Assembly (NCBI RefSeq): GCF_009914755.1
Contig: NC_060937.1
Reading direction: 5' to 3' (one strand)
Source: the human T2T-CHM13v2.0 reference genome, Homo sapiens
DNA: 64,000 bases
The translations under genes were made by a program, and so were the position numbers. The notes beneath the pieces were generated by a model that saw only the letters and a list, made by a program, of their open reading frames with translations, ran no database searches and was not told the origin of the DNA. Each line of letters opens with the position of its first letter. The stretch's first letter is position 1. Positions 60,901 to 64,000 of this stretch are shown here, piece by piece.

Positions 60901-63900
60901 ATATATATTCTATAGTGTACATAAAATATCAAAGTACCCAAACTATACATTATATACTGTACATAAAATATGAAATTACATCAAATATATTTTATATTAG
61001 GTACATAAAATATGAAAGTACATCAAATATAGATTTTATACTGTAGATTAAATACCAAAGTACCCCACATATATATTTTATACTGTACATGAAATATCAA
61101 AGTTCACAAACTATATATTATATACTGTACATAAAATATCAAAGTACCCAAGGTATATATTCTATACTGTACAAAAAATATCAAAGTACCCAAAGCATGT
61201 ATTATATACAGTACATAATATATGAAAGTACATCAAATATATATTTTATTCTGTACATAATATATCAAAGTACACCAGATATATATTCTATAGTGTACAT
61301 AAAATAACAAAGTACACAAACTATAAATTATATACTGTACATAAAATATGAAATTACATCAAATACATATTAGGTACATAAAATATGAAAGTACATCAAA
61401 TATAGATTATATACTGTACATAAAATTTCAATGTACCCCAAATATATATTTTATACTCTACATGAAATATCAAAGTTCACAAACCATATCTTATATACTG
61501 TACATAAAATATCAAAGTACCCAAGGAATATATTCTATACTCTACAAAAAATATCAAAGTACCCAAAGAATGTATTATATACTGTACATAAAATATGAAA
61601 GTACATCAAATATATATTTTATTCTGTACATAAAATATCAAAGTACACCAGATATATATTCTATAGTGTACATAAAATAACAAAGTACCCAAACTATACA
61701 TTTTATACTATACATAAAATATGAAATTACATCAAATATATATTATATTAGGTACATAAAATATGAAAGTACATCAAATATAGATTATATACTGTACACT
61801 AAATACCAAAGTAACCCAAATATATATTTTATACTGTACATGAAATATCAAAGTTCACAAACTATATATTATATACTGTACATAAAATATCAAAGTACCC
61901 AACGTATATATTCTATACTGTACAAAAAATATCAAAGTACCCAAAGCATGTATTATATACTGTACCTAAAATATGAAAGTACATCAAATATATATTTTAT
62001 TCTGTACATAAAATATCAAAGTACACCTGATATATATTCTATAGTGTACATAAAATATCAAAGTACCCAAATTATACATTATATACTGTACATAAAATAC
62101 GAAATTACACAAATATATATTATATTAGGTACATAAACTATGAAAGTATATCAAATATAGATTATATACTGTACATAAAATATCAAAGTACCCAAAATAT
62201 ATATTATATACTCTACATGAAATATCAAAATTCACAAACCATATATTATATACTGTACATAAAATAAAGTACCCAAGGTATATATTCTATACTGTAGAAA
62301 AAATATCAAAGTACCCAATCATGTATTATATACTGTATATAAAATATGAAAGTACATCAAATATATATTTTATTCTGTATATAAAATATCAAAGTACACA
62401 AGATATATATTCTATAGTGTACATAAAATAACAAAGTACAAAAACTATAAATTATATACTGTACATAAAATATGAAATTACTTCAAATATATATTAGGTA
62501 CATAAAATATGAAAGTACATCAAATATAGATTATATACTGTACATAAAATATCAATGTACCCCAAATATATATTTTATACTCTACATGAAATATCAAAGA
62601 TCACAAACCATATATTATATACTGTATATAAAATATCAAAGTACCCAAGGTATATATTCTATACTATACAAAAAATATCAAAGTACCCAAAGCATGTATT
62701 ATATACTGTACATAAAATATGAAAGTACATCAAATATATATTTTATTCTGTACATAAAATATCAAAGTACACCAGATATATATTCTATATTGTACATAAA
62801 ATATCAAAGTACCCAAACTATACATTATATACTGTACATAAAATATGAAATTACATCAAATATATTTTATATTAGGTACATAAAATATGAAAGTACATCA
62901 AATATAGATTATATACTGTACATTAAATACCAAAATACCCCAAATATATATTTTATACTGTACATGAAATATCAAAGTTCACAAACTATGTATTATATAC
63001 TGTACATATAATATCAAAGTACCCAAGGTATATATTTTATACTTTACAAAAAATATCAAAGTACCAAAAGCATGTATTACATACTGTACATAAAATATGA
63101 AAGTACATCAAATATATATTTTATTCTGTACATAAGATATCAAAGTACACCAGATATATATTCTATAGTGTACATAAAATATCAAAGTACCCAAACTATA
63201 CATTATATACTGTACATAAAATATGAAATTACATCAAATATATATTATATTAGGTACATAAAATATGAAAGTACATCAAATATAGATTATATACTGTACA
63301 TTAAATACCAAAGTACCCCAAATATATATTTTATACTGTACATGTAATATCAAAGTTCACACACTATATATTATATACTGTACATAAAATATCAAAGTAC
63401 CCAAGGTATATATTCTATACTGTACAAAAAATATCAAAGTACCCAAAGCATGTATTATACACTGTACCTAAAATATGAAAGTACATCAAATATATATTTT
63501 ATTCTGCACATAAAATATCAAAGTACACCAGATATATATTCTATAGTGTACATAAAATGTCAAAGTACCCAAACTATACATTATATACTGTAAATAAAAT
63601 ATGAAATTACATCAAATATATATTATATTAGGTACATAAAATATGAAATTACATCAAATATAGATTATACACTGTACATAAAATATCAAAATACCCCAAA
63701 CTATTCATTATATACTGTACATAAAATATGAAATTACATCAAATATATATTATATTAGGTACATAAAATATGAAAGTACATCAAATATAGATTATACACT
63801 GTACATAAAATATCAAAGTACCCCAAATATATATTATATACTCTACATGAAATATCAAAGTTCACAAACTATATATTATATACTGTACATAAAATAAAGT

Positions 63901-64000
63901 CCCCAAGGTATATATTCTATACTGTAGAAAAAATATCAAAGTACCCAAAGCATGTATTATCTACTGTATATAAAATATGAAAGTACATAAATATATATAT
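48975..64000 (+). repeat. HSat1A array, inverted orientation (A-rich strand on plus)
   Basis: Same monomers reverse-complemented (AAAATATCAAAGTACCCAAAGCATGTATTATATACTGTACAT). The repeat-derived ORFs flip from - to + at about 48.98 kb. Confidence 0.95.
58200..64000 (+). repeat. 3506-bp tandem super-repeat (second copy runs off the window)
   Basis: ORF pairs 58966/62472, 59566/63072 and ends 58630/62136 all differ by 3506. Shared rare markers AAATTACTTCAA, AAGATCACAA, TAAGATATC and AAACTATTC. Confidence 0.9.

Noticed and set aside
240-63347. All ORFs in the six-frame track as protein-coding genes
   Set aside because: They are translations of the satellite. They show 14-aa periodicity, flip strand with the inversion, are broken by amplified stops and frameshifts, and resemble no protein family I recognise.
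1-64000. CRISPR-like array (conserved core plus variable segment every 42 bp)
   Set aside because: The variable parts are nine recurring homologous monomer types, not unique spacers. There is no leader and no cas gene.
1-64000. Alpha satellite, HSat2/3, HSat1B or embedded Alu/L1
   Set aside because: No 171-bp period or CENP-B box, no CATTC repeats, no Alu-derived segment and no non-satellite insertion were seen.
1-64000. TATA boxes or promoters
   Set aside because: TATA-like words are inevitable in every monomer at this base composition, and there is no CpG island or unique context.
1-64000. Assignment to a specific chromosome or species
   Set aside because: No unique flanking sequence. 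HSat1A occurs at several loci, so an alignment is required.

Overview
The whole 64-kb window is one AT-rich (~78-80% A+T, estimated by eye from monomers) tandem satellite. It has 42-bp monomers, each with two GTAC sites splitting it into 17+25 bp, organised into a 378-bp 9-monomer higher-order repeat (HOR). This is the architecture of human/great-ape Satellite 1A (HSat1A / SAR). No genes, transposons or unique sequence are visible, and all listed ORFs are by-products of the 42-bp (3n) period. The array is layered. (A) 1-~11.46 kb is a derived 588-bp 14-mer HOR that becomes a 966-bp 23-mer. (B) ~11.46-19.67 kb is a mosaic transition zone with a 5039-bp-offset duplication. (C) ~19.67-48.97 kb is a 378/373-bp domain with a more diverged island at ~28.2-31.5 kb. 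(D) 48.975-64 kb is the same subfamily in the opposite orientation. The strand switch is base-pair sharp and sits on a perfect 12-bp-stem/3-nt-loop palindrome (48960-48986). The chromosome of origin cannot be determined from the sequence alone.
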